Below are positions 1 through 13,271 of a stretch of 64,000 nucleotides of DNA, in pieces. The DNA is from Octopus vulgaris (lineage: Eukaryota): assembly GCA_951406725.2 (NCBI GenBank), contig OX597815.1, forward strand, positions 204,972,001-205,036,000, given 5' to 3'. Position 1 is the first letter of the stretch. Each line of letters begins with the position of its first letter. A model generated the notes under the pieces. The model saw only the letters and a list, made by a program, of their open reading frames with translations. It had not been told where the DNA came from and searched no databases. The position numbers and the translations under genes were made by a program.

Positions 1-860
1 TATTTATATATATATATATAATATATATTTATGTATATATATATATATAAATATATATTATATATATATAAATATATATTATGTGTATATATATAAATAT
101 ATATATATGTATGTATGTATGTATTTATGTATTTATGTGTGTGTATGTATGTATGTATGTATGTATGTATGTATGTATGTATGTATGTATGTATGTGTGT
201 GTGTATGTATGTTTGTATGTATGAATGTATGCATGTATGTATGTATGTATGTTTGTATGTATGTATAATATAACGTTACAAGATCCCACTGGAAATCGCA
301 AAAACAGAAGAACTTACCTTACAAGTAATTAGAAACGTCTTCTGGAAACGTTGGACCATTAATGGTACAAAGCTGGCTATCTCTTCTTCTTCTTCTTCTT
401 CTTCTTCTTCTTCTTCTTGTCATTGACTTCAATTAACGTTTATTCATTCCTAACCCATTTCCGTCAGTACTAACAACAAAAACTAGAATTTCCTCTCTTC
501 CTTATTTTCCTATTTCATTTCATTTGTCGCTCGACGTCCTCCATCTCTGTCGTCTCTCTACCAACCTGCAAGGATTACTGACAAGGAAATAAAGCGCAAA
601 GCTCGTTTACACATTCGTTCACCTCATAAAGCTGTCAACTGCCAGCACAAGACGGCCAATAAATCCTGCTGATGGTTTGATGTTTGCCTTTTTATATACA
701 GTGTGTGTGTATTCATTCATTTATTTATTTATTTATTTGTGTATTTGGTTATTTGTTTATTTATTTGCTTATGTATTGTTGGGTTGAAATATTTGGAAAG
801 GAAAAAGTGAATTGGCTGTCAATGCAGGTCAAAACGTCAAACAAGCAATATACATACACA

Positions 861-895
<35 letters not shown>

Positions 896-954
896 ACTCA
901 CTCTCTCGTTCTCTCACACGCGCGCACACATACACATCTATATATATATATATA

Positions 955-1344
955 TCTATATAAAGCTGAAGCTGTCTGTCTGTGTATGGCAGGTTTGGTA
1001 GCCTTCAACTAACACTATCTCCTCCGAGACCCTGCGGCGCAACTTGACCAAAATTGAAATTATGGTAGAAGAAGGCTTGCTCTTCATTCCGTAGAAGATA
1101 AAATTCAAATCGAACCATGTTAAAACCAAAAATTATTTACATCAAAAAGGTGCTTTTTCTATGAAAATCCCTATTTTTTACGATATTTTTACTGCTGTGT
1201 CGCCATTTTTTTCGGTGTATTTCAACCAGAAAAATGTTCACTTAAAGAGAATAACAAGCTACATAATGCAAAATTTTTACTTTTCAAAAATTCCACTTCT
1301 AAAGGGTCGAAACAAACCCGATCAACGCCGGGCGATACCGCTAG
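955..1344 (+). mobile_element. Non-autonomous Helitron
   Basis: Starts TC after A and ends CTAG before T. Subterminal hairpin CCCG-atcaacgc-CGGG. No TSD. The 5' part recurs inverted at 60152-60467. Confidence 0.8.
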
Positions 1345-1810
1345 TAAAATGATAAATCCATACGTTTTACCAATTCACCTTATTTAGTTATTTGACTTGT
1401 GGCCATACTGGAAAACCGCTTTGAAGAAGAATTAAGGCCCAACGACTCGACCCCTGTAGCTATGTTTTCTTCTATTTTTTTTTTTTTTGTAAGTTCTTGT
1501 ACATATTCTGAGTGTCTTGCCGAATAGCTAAAGTACGAGAACATAAGGAAACCAACGCCGGTTGTCAAGCGGTGTGTGGCGCTGATAAATGGACACAGAC
1601 GTACGGATCAGCTCAATTGTACAAGTGCAATCTGTGAGTGGAACAGTAAAAATATGCAAGACTTTTCTCAAGTTCCAAGTGTGAATTTGTCTGTGTTAAC
1701 TACATCTCAAAGATGGAGATTTGTATCTTTGTATGCACAAAAATATATATATATATGTATGTGTGTGTGTGTGGATAGACAGATAAATAGATAGATAGAT
1801 AGATAGATAT

Positions 1811-1900
<90 letters not shown>

Positions 1901-1944
1901 GGGGGGTGCGTGTGTTCTCAGCAATGTGTGTGTATCTTCTCTGC

Positions 1945-2790
1945 TGCAACGACGATGAAACCAGCGTCAACATTAGATTCCAGACTGTTCAGCCTATGGA
2001 GGCAACGACCAAGGTGGAAGAGGACTCAGCCTGTTCGCTGACGACTGCACTCTCAATGCCCTCAAAGAGATCCCGATGCAGCAGAGCATGAACTGCTTTT
2101 CCACTGCCTGCAACAACTTTGGTCTCACACTCACTACTCAGAAGACAAAGGTATTAGGCTGTCCACTAAGTTGAAGGTGTACAAGGCAGTTGTACAGCTT
2201 ACGCTACTGTATGCCTGCAAGACTTGGACGGTTAACGAATGTCACGCCAAACGGCTAAACTGCTCCCATACGAACAGCTTGAGAAAGCTATTGAAAATCA
2301 CCCGGCAAGACAAGGTCCCAGACACAGAAGTCCTCACTTTACCTGATCTGCCAAGTATTTACACACTGCTGAGGAGAGCGCAAGTCAGGTGGGCAAGCGA
2401 CCTTGTTCGAATCCCTGACACACAACTACCCAAGAGACTCTTTTACATGGAATTGGTTATAAAACTAGAGAGAAAAAGCGCTTCAAAGATACATTCAAAG
2501 TTTCGTTGAAGAGCTTTGGGAACAATCCCAACACCTGAGAAACGCAAGCGAATGACGGCCCTGCCTGACGAAGCTGCACCAAAAAGGCTTCCACCTTCTA
2601 CGACACAGAAGAGGATTGCAGAGGCAGAAAGAAAACGCGACCGGCGCAAGTCCAGAGTCAACTCCTTCCTTCAATCCCAGCAGACAACCAACTCCCGACC
2701 TGCGGCAGAGTCTTCCGAGCAGGCATCGGACCACTGGGCCCTGTCTTCTCCCATGTGATAATCCTTGGTTATCGTCAACAACGACTGAAG
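1945..2790 (+). pseudogene. Decayed RTE-clade LINE: RT core and C-terminus fragment with 3' end
   Basis: LFADDCTLNA (YADD-equivalent) near 2031. ORF 2171-2509 KVYKAVVQLTLLYACKTW...QDKVPDTEVL...LRRAQVRWASDLVRIPDTQLPKRLFYMEL matches the RTE/BovB-type C-terminus. Frameshifts and deletions present. Confidence 0.85.
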
Positions 2791-2819
2791 AACTAATAAT
2801 TCTTTTATTCTTTTATTCT

Positions 2820-3221
2820 TTTATTCTTTTACATGTTTTAGTCATTCGACTGCGGTCATGCTGGAGCACCGCCTTAAAGGGTTGTTTTAGTCGAAGAAAT
2901 CGAGCCCAGAACTTATTCTTTGTAACCCTAGTACTTATTCTATCGCCTCTTTTACCGAACCGCTTAGTTACGGGGACGTAAACACGCCAACATCAGTTAT
3001 CATGCATGGAAGGACAAGTACAGACACAAAACCACACATAAATATGTACATACATATATAGGACGGTCTTCTTTCAATTTCCGTTTACCAAATCCACTCA
3101 CAAGGCTTTGGATGGCCCGAGGCTATAATTAAAAAAAAAAAACACTTGCCCAAGGTGCCATGCAGTGGGACTGAACCTGGAACCATGTGGTTTGGAAGTA
3201 AACTTCTTCCCACACAGCCAC
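2820..3221 (-). mobile_element. tRNA-derived SINE family A (diverged copy)
   Basis: Same sequence as the copies at 9360, 46788 and elsewhere. Confidence 0.8.
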
Positions 3222-3224
3222 ATT

Positions 3225-3285
<61 letters not shown>

Positions 3286-3287
3286 TC

Positions 3288-3323
<36 letters not shown>

Positions 3324-3480
3324 AATAACAATAACAACAACAATAACAATAATAATAACAATAACAATAACAACAATAATAACAATAAGAATGATGATGG
3401 TAATAACAATAACGATGACGATGACGATGACGATGATGATGATGATGATGATGATAATAATAATAACAATAATAATAATA
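3225..3480. repeat. Compound (AAT)n/(AAC)n/(GAT)n trinucleotide microsatellite
   Basis: Directly visible. Confidence 0.95.
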
Positions 3481-4147
3481 GTTTCAAGCTTTGGCATAAG
3501 GCCAGCAAATTCAGGGAAGGTTGTAAGTCGATTATATCTCAGTGGTCAACTGGTAAATATATGAAAAGCAAAATCGACCTCGCACGAAATGCCGTAAAGC
3601 ATTTTCGCCCGGCCTACTAATGATTCTGCCAGTTCACCATATGTGTGTGTGTGTAATATACATATGTGTGCATGTATGTGTGTGTATGTGTGTGTGTGTG
3701 TGTGTGTAAGTGTATTTGGTTTCAGACAGCGGCTGGGGTCAAGCTGAGACATTGTCTTTCATTGTAATTGGGTTTCTTTTCTGTTTGGTCGGAGTTGTTC
3801 TTCCTTGTGATTCTTGCTGTGATACATACCACACACATTAATGATTTATAATGATTACCTACAAGAGAACTGTTCTTCATTATAAATCATTCTAAGTCCT
3901 GTTCTCCTCTGTATGCCACCAACTACCGGCAAATAACGAAATGTATTCTAACGAAATAAGCGAAACGGAGATTAAAGAGCGAGGTAACTTTTGACAAGTT
4001 GCCTGACGAGGCACATCTGCATCGAATGATGCACCACAACCATTTGTACAGAATCTCGCCCGCGAGGGACTGATACACGATGGGTCGAAACGATCGTAGT
4101 GATTAATAAAGAATCGCGCGAATTCCATCTTCTGTTTCTCTCAAAAG

Positions 4148-4218
<71 letters not shown>

Positions 4219-4884
4219 AGTGTTTGTGTGTGTGTGAGTGTGTATGTGTACCAGAGAACCTCTCCAAAACTAGACACCAATATCTAAGTTTAATGAGATT
4301 TTCTATGAAGAAAAACAATTGATATCAATTTATGCAATCTTCACAAACCATGAATTCACGAAGACTTTCCACTTAACAACAACAACAAAAATATATCAGA
4401 ATACCGAAAGTAAGATATAAAATTCACAAACAAGTATAAATGATATGCGTTCTCTTCATCGGCAGCTAAACGGATATCATTATGGTTTCGACATCCTATG
4501 AAATGTTGAGATGTCACTGTCATTATTTCCTGTTTCTATCGCATTTTACTTCCACATTTTTGCGACCATAAATTGCATATTAACTCTATCTTGTCTAATC
4601 TAACCCCCTAAGAAATAAATATATTAATCTAACACTTTCAACGAAGAGCAACTTGCTTTACATTACGACCAAGTATTAAAGTCAAACACATGCATTTTAA
4701 CACACAAGTGCGTTAAAGATTTATAATGATCGTCTGTAAGAGAACTGTTCTTCATTCGAACTCTTGCCCTCTCCTGTATGCCACCAGCTACAGGCAAATA
4801 ACGAAATGTATTCTAATCGAAATAAGTGATGTATGTATTCAGTTATTCATTTATTTATTTAATTAATTAATTAATTAATTATAT

Positions 4885-5345
4885 TGTAGCGATGACTCGA
4901 AACTGAATCCCTAGATACGCAGTCAGACATTACGAGCAAACCACCGCAGTTTCACATTATCGGTCAGTTGACCGACCAATCAGCGAGAAGCAATGGAGTG
5001 GACAGGTTTTCTCGAACATTCTAGAATTTGACTTACGGTATCCTTTAAAAACCGTTAGTCGCGCATCTTTACTAGCCAGACGAGCCAAGAAGGCGGTCAA
5101 GACAGATGGCGCAGATAGATGAAAAGAACTTCCGTCGCCACGAATATAGCACAACTGTTTCCGGTTACGTTGGACAAGCCGCAGGTTGCCGTATCAATAG
5201 CTTGCCGTAAACTCCAAGCAGTAACTCTTTCCCAGTATGTAATTATCGATGTTGTTATCTGTAAAAGGCCAACGTAGTTTGTTTTGAAGAGCGATAATAA
5301 AATTTGCTGTTAAATCTTCGCGGGTGTTGTTTAGTTGCTTCTACA
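4885..5345 (+). mobile_element. Probable solo LTR (461 bp)
   Basis: TGTAG...CTACA inverted termini. CCAAT at 4976, TTTAAAA at 5044, AATAAA near 5296. CpG-rich. TSD poor (TATAT/TGCAT). Confidence 0.55.
5008..5027. promoter_or_regulatory. Perfect four-unit heat-shock element
   Basis: tTTCtcGAAcaTTCtaGAAt = four contiguous alternating nGAAn pentamers. Confidence 0.6.
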
Positions 5346-5654
5346 TGCATCCCAAGGAACATATTTTCGTTCATCGACTCAGTCAGTTACCCCCAACAGA
5401 CCAGCCCCGCAACCAACAGGCTGCAACAATCTATTTAATTGGTTCTTTATTAGAAGGAATAACCTACCGCCAATTATTTCTGGTCATATTTATTTTCAGT
5501 TTTTTTCTTCTTTTTTTTTTTAAAGTTTGGTACTTATTTTATCGATCTCTTTTGCCGAACCGCTAAAATAACTAGGACGCAAACAAACCAACATAGGTTG
5601 TCAGGTGGTGGTGAGGTTGACAAACACACATATACACTATATATATATATATAC

Positions 5655-5709
<55 letters not shown>

Positions 5710-5763
5710 CATACATACATACACACACACACATCTATACATATATACATATATATACATATA

Positions 5764-5810
<47 letters not shown>

Positions 5811-6589
5811 AATATAAGAGAGTGGTCACTATATTGCTCACTCTAGCACCAGTTCTAATTCTCTCACCCTTATTAATTAATTAATATATATATATATATA
5901 TATGTATATATATGTATATATATATATATATATACATATATATGTATATATATGTATATATATATATCGACCCCCACTTCTTCAGTCCTTCATCCTTTCA
6001 CCCCTACTCCCCTTCCCTTCTTCCCTCTTTCTCCCTCCCTCTTCCTCTTCCCTCTGCTCCCTCACTCCCTCTCTCCCCTTCTCTCTCCCCCTCTCCCTCT
6101 TTCCTCCTTCATCCCTCTCCTCCCCTTCCTTCTCCCCATCCTCTCCTCTTCACCCTCCCCTCCCCCTCTTCTTCCCCTCCCCTTCTCCCCCTTCTTCTCC
6201 CCTCCCCCTCTTCTCCTCACTACACCACATGACTTTACACATCACATCACATATGATGTGCCATACTAATACACACACCAACTAATACATACTAATACGT
6301 ACTAATACATACTAGTACATACTAATACTTACACCAACCCTATACATACACACGTCCAGACCCCGCATACGCACTTATACTCTCTCACACACACACACAC
6401 ACACCTATACATACCAATACTTACTAATACATACTAATACATACACCAACCCCATACATACGCACGTCCAGACCAATCCCACGCACTGATACTCTCTCAT
6501 ACACACACACACACACACACACACACCCTTATACATACTAATACATACACCAACCCTATACATACACATCCAGACCCCTCCCACGCACT

Positions 6590-6885
6590 TTTAGCTGGTC
6601 CCTCAACCCTATTATCTCCCCTTATTTCGCTCTCGCGTCTCATGTTTGATCTTTGACCTCTGGCCGAAATCAGATCGCCATGTTGATTCGTTAGCTACTG
6701 CACGCATTTTTTTCTCTCCTTCTTTCTGTGTTTTTCTCTCTCTGTGTATCTTTCTGTTGAAGAGCGTAGGCTCGAAACGTTAAAGACTTGTTTTATTTAT
6801 ATTTCCTGAGCGCCATACTAATACAATTGTTCGTTTGTTTTCCACCTGCCTTCGTCTTTTGTTTATTTTCATAAAGCTTCCCGTT
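6590..6885 (+). mobile_element. Penelope-like element end with hammerhead-like motif at 6749-6786
   Basis: TCTTT CTGTTGA A GAGC-gtag-GCTC GAAACGTT AAAGA. Ends in (AT)n. Relatives at 30775-30905 (-) and 58845-58948 (+). Confidence 0.65.
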
Positions 6886-6891
6886 ATATAT

Positions 6892-6942
<51 letters not shown>

Positions 6943-7034
6943 TATATATATATATATATGCATATATATATATATGCATATATATATGTATATATATGTA
7001 TATATGTATAGATGTGTGTGTGTGTGTATGTATG

Positions 7035-7104
<70 letters not shown>

Positions 7105-7464
7105 ATATACATATATATATATTATATGCGACTTGCTTCCACTCATCCGTCGTATATTTCCAAATCCAATCACAAGGCATTGGTTGGCCTGTAGGAATGA
7201 ACCCGAAACCACGTGGTTGCAAAGGGAACTTCTTAACCACACAGCATGATATTACAAATATAATATAATATTAAACCTTTATTAATCACATGCAATAATT
7301 TAAACTAAAAAACTGTTAATCTATTGAAAAAAAAAATCGAAAACTATAATAATCATAATTACCTCCCTTACACTCTAGTGACATAACGGCCTTTCGACAC
7401 TTATTCAAATTTGTTTAAATACAATTGCTACTGGCCGTTATATTTAACCCAACAACCTCTCAAC

Positions 7465-7780
7465 TGAAATCAAGCCAGGGGTCTCCTCATAACCTGGTGA
7501 CACCTGGTACTACCACAATGCAAACCGATACTACCTGTTTCATGGTCTGGTGGTCGGCGAGTAAACTGGCTTGCCTACTTGAGTAGTTTTGCTACTCTTG
7601 TGAGGAGAGTGTCTGGGCACCCAGCAGGATTAAAAACAAGGCCTGTCGAAAGCCGGGTGATCTCCTCGTGGGTCAACGGCCATCCGATTGGAGAAGGCAA
7701 TAGAAAACTACCCCAGTGTCTTTGACAAGAAAACACTATGAGAAAGTTAGAACGAAGTAACGTTCTCGCTTCTCCCGCTG
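7465..7780 (+). mobile_element. Probable RTE LINE 5' UTR remnant
   Basis: GGAGAAGGCAATAGAAAACTACCCCAGTGTCTTTG resembles the BovB/RTE-associated GGAGAAGGCAATGGCA..CCACTCCAGTA.TCTTGCC motif. Confidence 0.45.
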
Positions 7781-8024
7781 GGAGAATCGCGTTTAATCAG
7801 GAGGACTTTCGTTCTAATGTCATCAACGCGCCGCAAAAGCGTAACGACGGCGACGACCTCTTAATTACTCCCGTTCCTTATTAACTCAGCTTTTCAGCTT
7901 AACCACTCCTACGTCTCCCATGCTTACATATCAAGTGCATAGGTGCGGGAGTGAAATTTGCTTTGGTGGGTCAAACCCAGCTCCAGAATTTTTTACAAAC
8001 AAACTCAATTTTTTTTCAATACTC

Positions 8025-8365
8025 TTTTACTCTTTTACTCTTTTACTTGTTTCAGTCGTTTGACTGTGGCCATGCTGGAGCACCGCCTTTAGTCGAACAA
8101 ATCGACCCCAGGACTTATTCTTTTCAAGCCTAGTACTTATTCTATCGGTCTGTTTTGCCGAACTGCTAGTTTACGGGGACGTAGACACACCAGTATCGGT
8201 TGTCAAGCGATGTTGGTGGGGGGGACAAACACAGACACACAAACACATACACACACATACATATATATATGTGTGTGTATGAGTATGTGTATGTGTGTCT
8301 GTGTGTGTATACATACATACATACATACATACATACATACATACATACGTACATACATACATACA

Positions 8366-8399
<34 letters not shown>

Positions 8400-8458
8400 C
8401 GACGGGCTTCTTTCAGTTTCCGTCTACTAAATCTTACCACACAGCCACTCCTACGCCT
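8025..8458 (-). mobile_element. SINE family A, internally deleted
   Basis: (GTAAAAGA)n-type tail, internal microsatellite, and only the first ~25 nt of the tRNA head. Confidence 0.8.
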
Positions 8459-8495
8459 AATCTTAATATCAAGACAAACACAGATATAACAATAA

Positions 8496-8859
8496 TCTCT
8501 CTATATATAAACGGCAAAATGTCTGTGTGTCTGTCCTTTATACAAATCCACAATTTTTCAGTTGGAGGGCTCGCACTTTCTACGGTCATTCAAAACCGTC
8601 CAAGGGTGGTCGTGCACATCTTTACATTTCCCAGGTAACCCCGCAAGGCCATTAAAAGATCAATAGAAGTTACTTTTTCGTGAATTTTCTATCCAAAACC
8701 TAATCAAAATGCCCGAAACCTGATACGCCAATTGAATGCCAGCTAGCTGTATGTGATTGGTCGGAGATTTGGACAGTACTCGCGTGTATGTGCGCACGCA
8801 CGCAGCTGTATATGCATGCACTAGCACTATGACCCGGCAACGCCGGGTCATAGTGCTAG
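8496..8859 (+). mobile_element. Non-autonomous Helitron
   Basis: A|TC start, CTAG|T end. Terminal 18-bp perfect hairpin at 8820-8860. Confidence 0.8.
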
Positions 8860-9109
8860 TACTTATTATATTTCTACATCAATTAAATCAAATAAATCCA
8901 GTAATGGAAAAGTAATGCTTCAAATCAATTCAAAAATGTTTCTACCCTCGTTTATCTTAACGATGAAGAGTTCCAGGGGGATGTCCAAAACGTTTTCACT
9001 GCCCCCACCCCCCAAAAAAGTTTAAGGAGTGGCAGTGCACCTCATTCGCCTCCTGTTCCCGAGCCTATGAACAAATATATTACTAATTTCTTCATTTTGT
9101 TCGCTAAAC

Positions 9110-9298
9110 CACTGCTCCGCAACCTTTTTTTTCACTTGCGGCACACATATTCTTTTCAAAATTCGGCGGCACAACCCGAAGTAAAATTATAACTAAAAGT
9201 ATAAGGAAAAAAAAATTATACTCAGATTACACTACAGTACACCTGGCATCGTCTCGTAGCACACCAGTGTGCCGCGGCATACCCGTTGCGGAGCACTG
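9110..9298. mobile_element. hAT-type MITE
   Basis: TIRs CAcTGCTCCGCAAC / GTTGCGGAGCACTG. 8-bp TSD CGCTAAAC/CGCAAAAC. Confidence 0.8.
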
Positions 9299-9359
9299 CG
9301 CAAAACAAAACACCTAAATTTGCCGCCCATCCATAAACAGATCAAATCAATGTACATTA

Positions 9360-9776
9360 CTCTTTTAATCTTTTACTCTTTACTCTTTTACTTGTTTCAG
9401 TCATTTGACTGCGGCCATGCTGGAGCACCACCTTTAATCGAGCAACTCGACCCCGGGACTTATTCTTTTGTAAGCCCAGTACTTATTCTATCGGTCTCTT
9501 TTTGCCGAACCGCTAAGTGACGAGGACGTAAACACACCAGCATCGGTTGTCAAGCAATGCTAGGGAGACAAACACAGATATACAAACACACACATACATA
9601 TATACAAATATACGACAGGCTTCTTTCAGTTTCCGCCTACCAAATCCACTCACAAGGCATTGGTCGGCCCGGGGCCATAGCAGAAGACACTTGCCCAAGA
9701 TGCCACGCAGCGGGACTGAACCCGGAACCATGTGGTTGGTAAGCAAGCTACTTACCACACAGCCACTCCTGCGCCT
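9360..9776 (-). mobile_element. SINE family A, full length
   Basis: Minus-strand head GGCGCAGGAGTGGCTGTGTGGTAAG (A box) ... GGTTCAGTCCC (B box). CORE-like CTTGGGCAAGT segment, internal (AC/AT)n, tandem-repeat tail. Confidence 0.9.
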
Positions 9777-9989
9777 ATCTATCTATGCTGTGAAAGTTCA
9801 ACTTTTTTAATGCAAATTTTTAAAACCTGCTGCATGAAACTTTATATCACTGTTTCATTAAGGTTCGCTTTATTTTTACCAAGCAAAATAAATTATAGAC
9901 GCTACGTTAATTATTAAATTCTTTCAACATCAGCTAATGAGCTCATTATTCATAGATGATTTTCAAAGGGATTGATTCGTGTAAGTTTT

Positions 9990-10552
<563 letters not shown>

Positions 10553-10805
10553 GAAATCTGAGAATTCTACTTAGCAATACAACAATATAAGATTCCTGAT
10601 TAATCGTCTGGTCTGAAACATCAATTTCCGGTCTTCTAAATCAAAATCAACATCTTTTAGTCTCCTCTTTTTTTTTTTTTCCTATCGATCGTTCAACAGC
10701 CTGTACTCTCTCCTTCTTCATCTCTTTCTCTCTCCCTACCCCTACCCCCTCTCTCTCTCACTCTCCTTCTTGCATTTTATTTTTCTCTTCCACAAATATA
10801 ACAGG

Positions 10806-10869
<64 letters not shown>

Positions 10870-11179
10870 CAGTTCATCTCTGATGTCATCAAAGATCTCT
10901 CTAATTACAAACAATCCAAACATCATCAGTCGACTGAATAGAGTTGATAGCATACACTGTCAACAGAAAAATCATTTTTTAATAGATTGCAATCTTCATC
11001 TGGAGGTGAATAAACTCTTGCCTGATCCCCTTAAAAGCGGAGTGAACCCTGAGATAGCAACAATCGCATGTTGCATTATCTTCGGCAAACCAAGCGAAAT
11101 AGTACAGCTGAGCGAGACAAGTCGGAGATGATTGTTCCGACCGATTATTCTCTTTGCCTTCTCAACATTTACTGGAATG

Positions 11180-11870
11180 TAGCTGTGTGATAACAAGCTT
11201 GGTTCCCAACCACATGGTTCCGGGTTCAGTCCACTGCGTTGCACCTCAGGCTTGCCAAAGTTTTGTGAGTGGATTTGGTCAACGGGAATTGAAATAATCC
11301 CTTCGTGTGTGTGTGAGTGTGTGTGTATGTGCGTATGTGTGCGCGCGCGAGCGTCCGTCACGAGTCTTGGTGTTTGTTATTTCTTTATTGCCCACAAGGG
11401 GCTAAACATAGAGGGAACAAACAAGAATAGACAAAGAGATTGAGTTGATTACATCGATCCCAGTGCATAACTGGTACTTTATTTATCGACCCCGAAAGGA
11501 TTAAAAGCAAAGTCGACCTCGGTGGAATTTGAACTCAGAACGTAACGGCAGATGAAATACCTATTTCTTTACTACCCACAAGGGGCCAAACACAGAGGGG
11601 ATAAACAAGGACAGACGTAGGCTGCGTGCTAACGTTTCTGCCTGCTCACCGCCTTAAATCTTTGTGTTTGTGTCCCTCCCCCACCATCACTTGAGAACTG
11701 GTGTTGGTTTGTTTACCTCTCGTAACGTAGCAGTTCGGCTCAGGTTACCAATAGAATAAATACCAGACTTAAAAATGATAAGTACTGAGGTCGATTTGTT
11801 CGACTAAAATTCTTCAAGGCGGTATTCCAGCATGGCTGCACTCTACTGATAGAAGCAAGTAAAAATAAAA
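11180..11870. mobile_element. Diverged SINE A (+) interrupted by SINE B (-, ~11378-11657)
   Basis: SINE A head at 11180-11310 and body at 11660-11870 flank a SINE B copy. Confidence 0.65.
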
Positions 11871-13226
11871 GTCAAACGGTTCTTTCTTCTATAATAATAA
11901 ATGCCAAAACGAATTTCTGTGTGTCAGTGTGTCACACTTTGAACCTCCTCTCTCTCACCATTCAGTGACACTTCCACTATTCCTCGTGATGGGGTGAGTG
12001 TAATAGTAGGCATAGAGACGGTAGTAGACTGACGGTTGTGATGGTAATGGGATGATAGTAATAGTATGAGGTGTAGTTGTGATAGAGGCGGAGACGACGG
12101 TGATGATGGTGGTGGTAATCAGTCAGGGATGACAGTGATAGTAAGCGATGTGAAAGACAATGGTGATGGTGGTGGAGTAAGCGATGTGAAAGACAGTGGT
12201 GGAGGGAAAGGCGGCGAAGTCAAGGGTATTGGTGGTGGCGTCAGATGTCTGAATGATGTGTGTATGGCAGTTATGATGGCGATGGTGGTGGTACTGGTGA
12301 TGATGATGGTTAAAAACAATCAACAGAAAGAGAGAGAGGGGGAGGGAGAAAGAGAGACAGACAGACAGAGAGACAGAGATAGAGACAGAGAGAGAGAGAG
12401 AGAGAAAGAGGTTAGTCAGAAAACAAAATTGTACTGACCCCTGAATGGGAATACAGAAAATATTGTTTATCTTGCAGTTTTGCAATAAGTTCCAAGTCGG
12501 CAAATTATATCATTGTTTGGATGAAAATTATTCATCGCTTGAAAAATATTGGTCGAGTTTAATAAAATTTAATATGTATTCAACGCATGAAGTGTCATTG
12601 TTGAGCCCTAAGTCTAATGAAGGCCCTACGTAAGAGCTACTCTAAAAGCCGCTCCTTCGAGCGACTTTTGAGCTAGTTAGCCGTAAAATCACCCATTTTC
12701 TATTCTGGGGAAGATATGCTGACTAAATGTTGTTCTGAGCCAGTGAGACTTGACTGCAGACTTAATGCCGCTCCCGTTAAAAAATACAAACACGTTGATT
12801 ATTTTCTCAGTAATTTGACATTTAAGAAATTCAGAACGTTGTAATTCTTAACATGCATTCATTGTAACATATTACAGAAACTATTAAAACAGATATACCG
12901 AAAGAATTCGACCAGGTTCGATTTCGCCTTTCTCTTTGTCGAGAGCGATAAAATAAAGTATAATCGATTGTCTTATTTTATTTTATTCTAATCTGTTCTA
13001 TTTTACTTGTTTCAGTCAATGGACTGCGACCATGCTGGTGCATATTCTTCGAGAGATTCTAGTCACTTATGGTACTTGTTTCATTTTGGTACTTTATGAC
13101 CCCCTCAACAGCTAGTTAAAGGGCCATGAAGGAAGAGGATATGAACAACAACGGTTTTTCAGACCGATATAAAAATGATGTGGACAAGCAGATACACATA
13201 CACCCATACATTCTTGCGCGCGTGTG

Positions 13227-13271
<45 letters not shown>

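Noticed and set aside
10870-11170. Possible LINE APE endonuclease remnant on the minus strand
   Set aside because: Only a weak LTVYA-like motif; unsupported.
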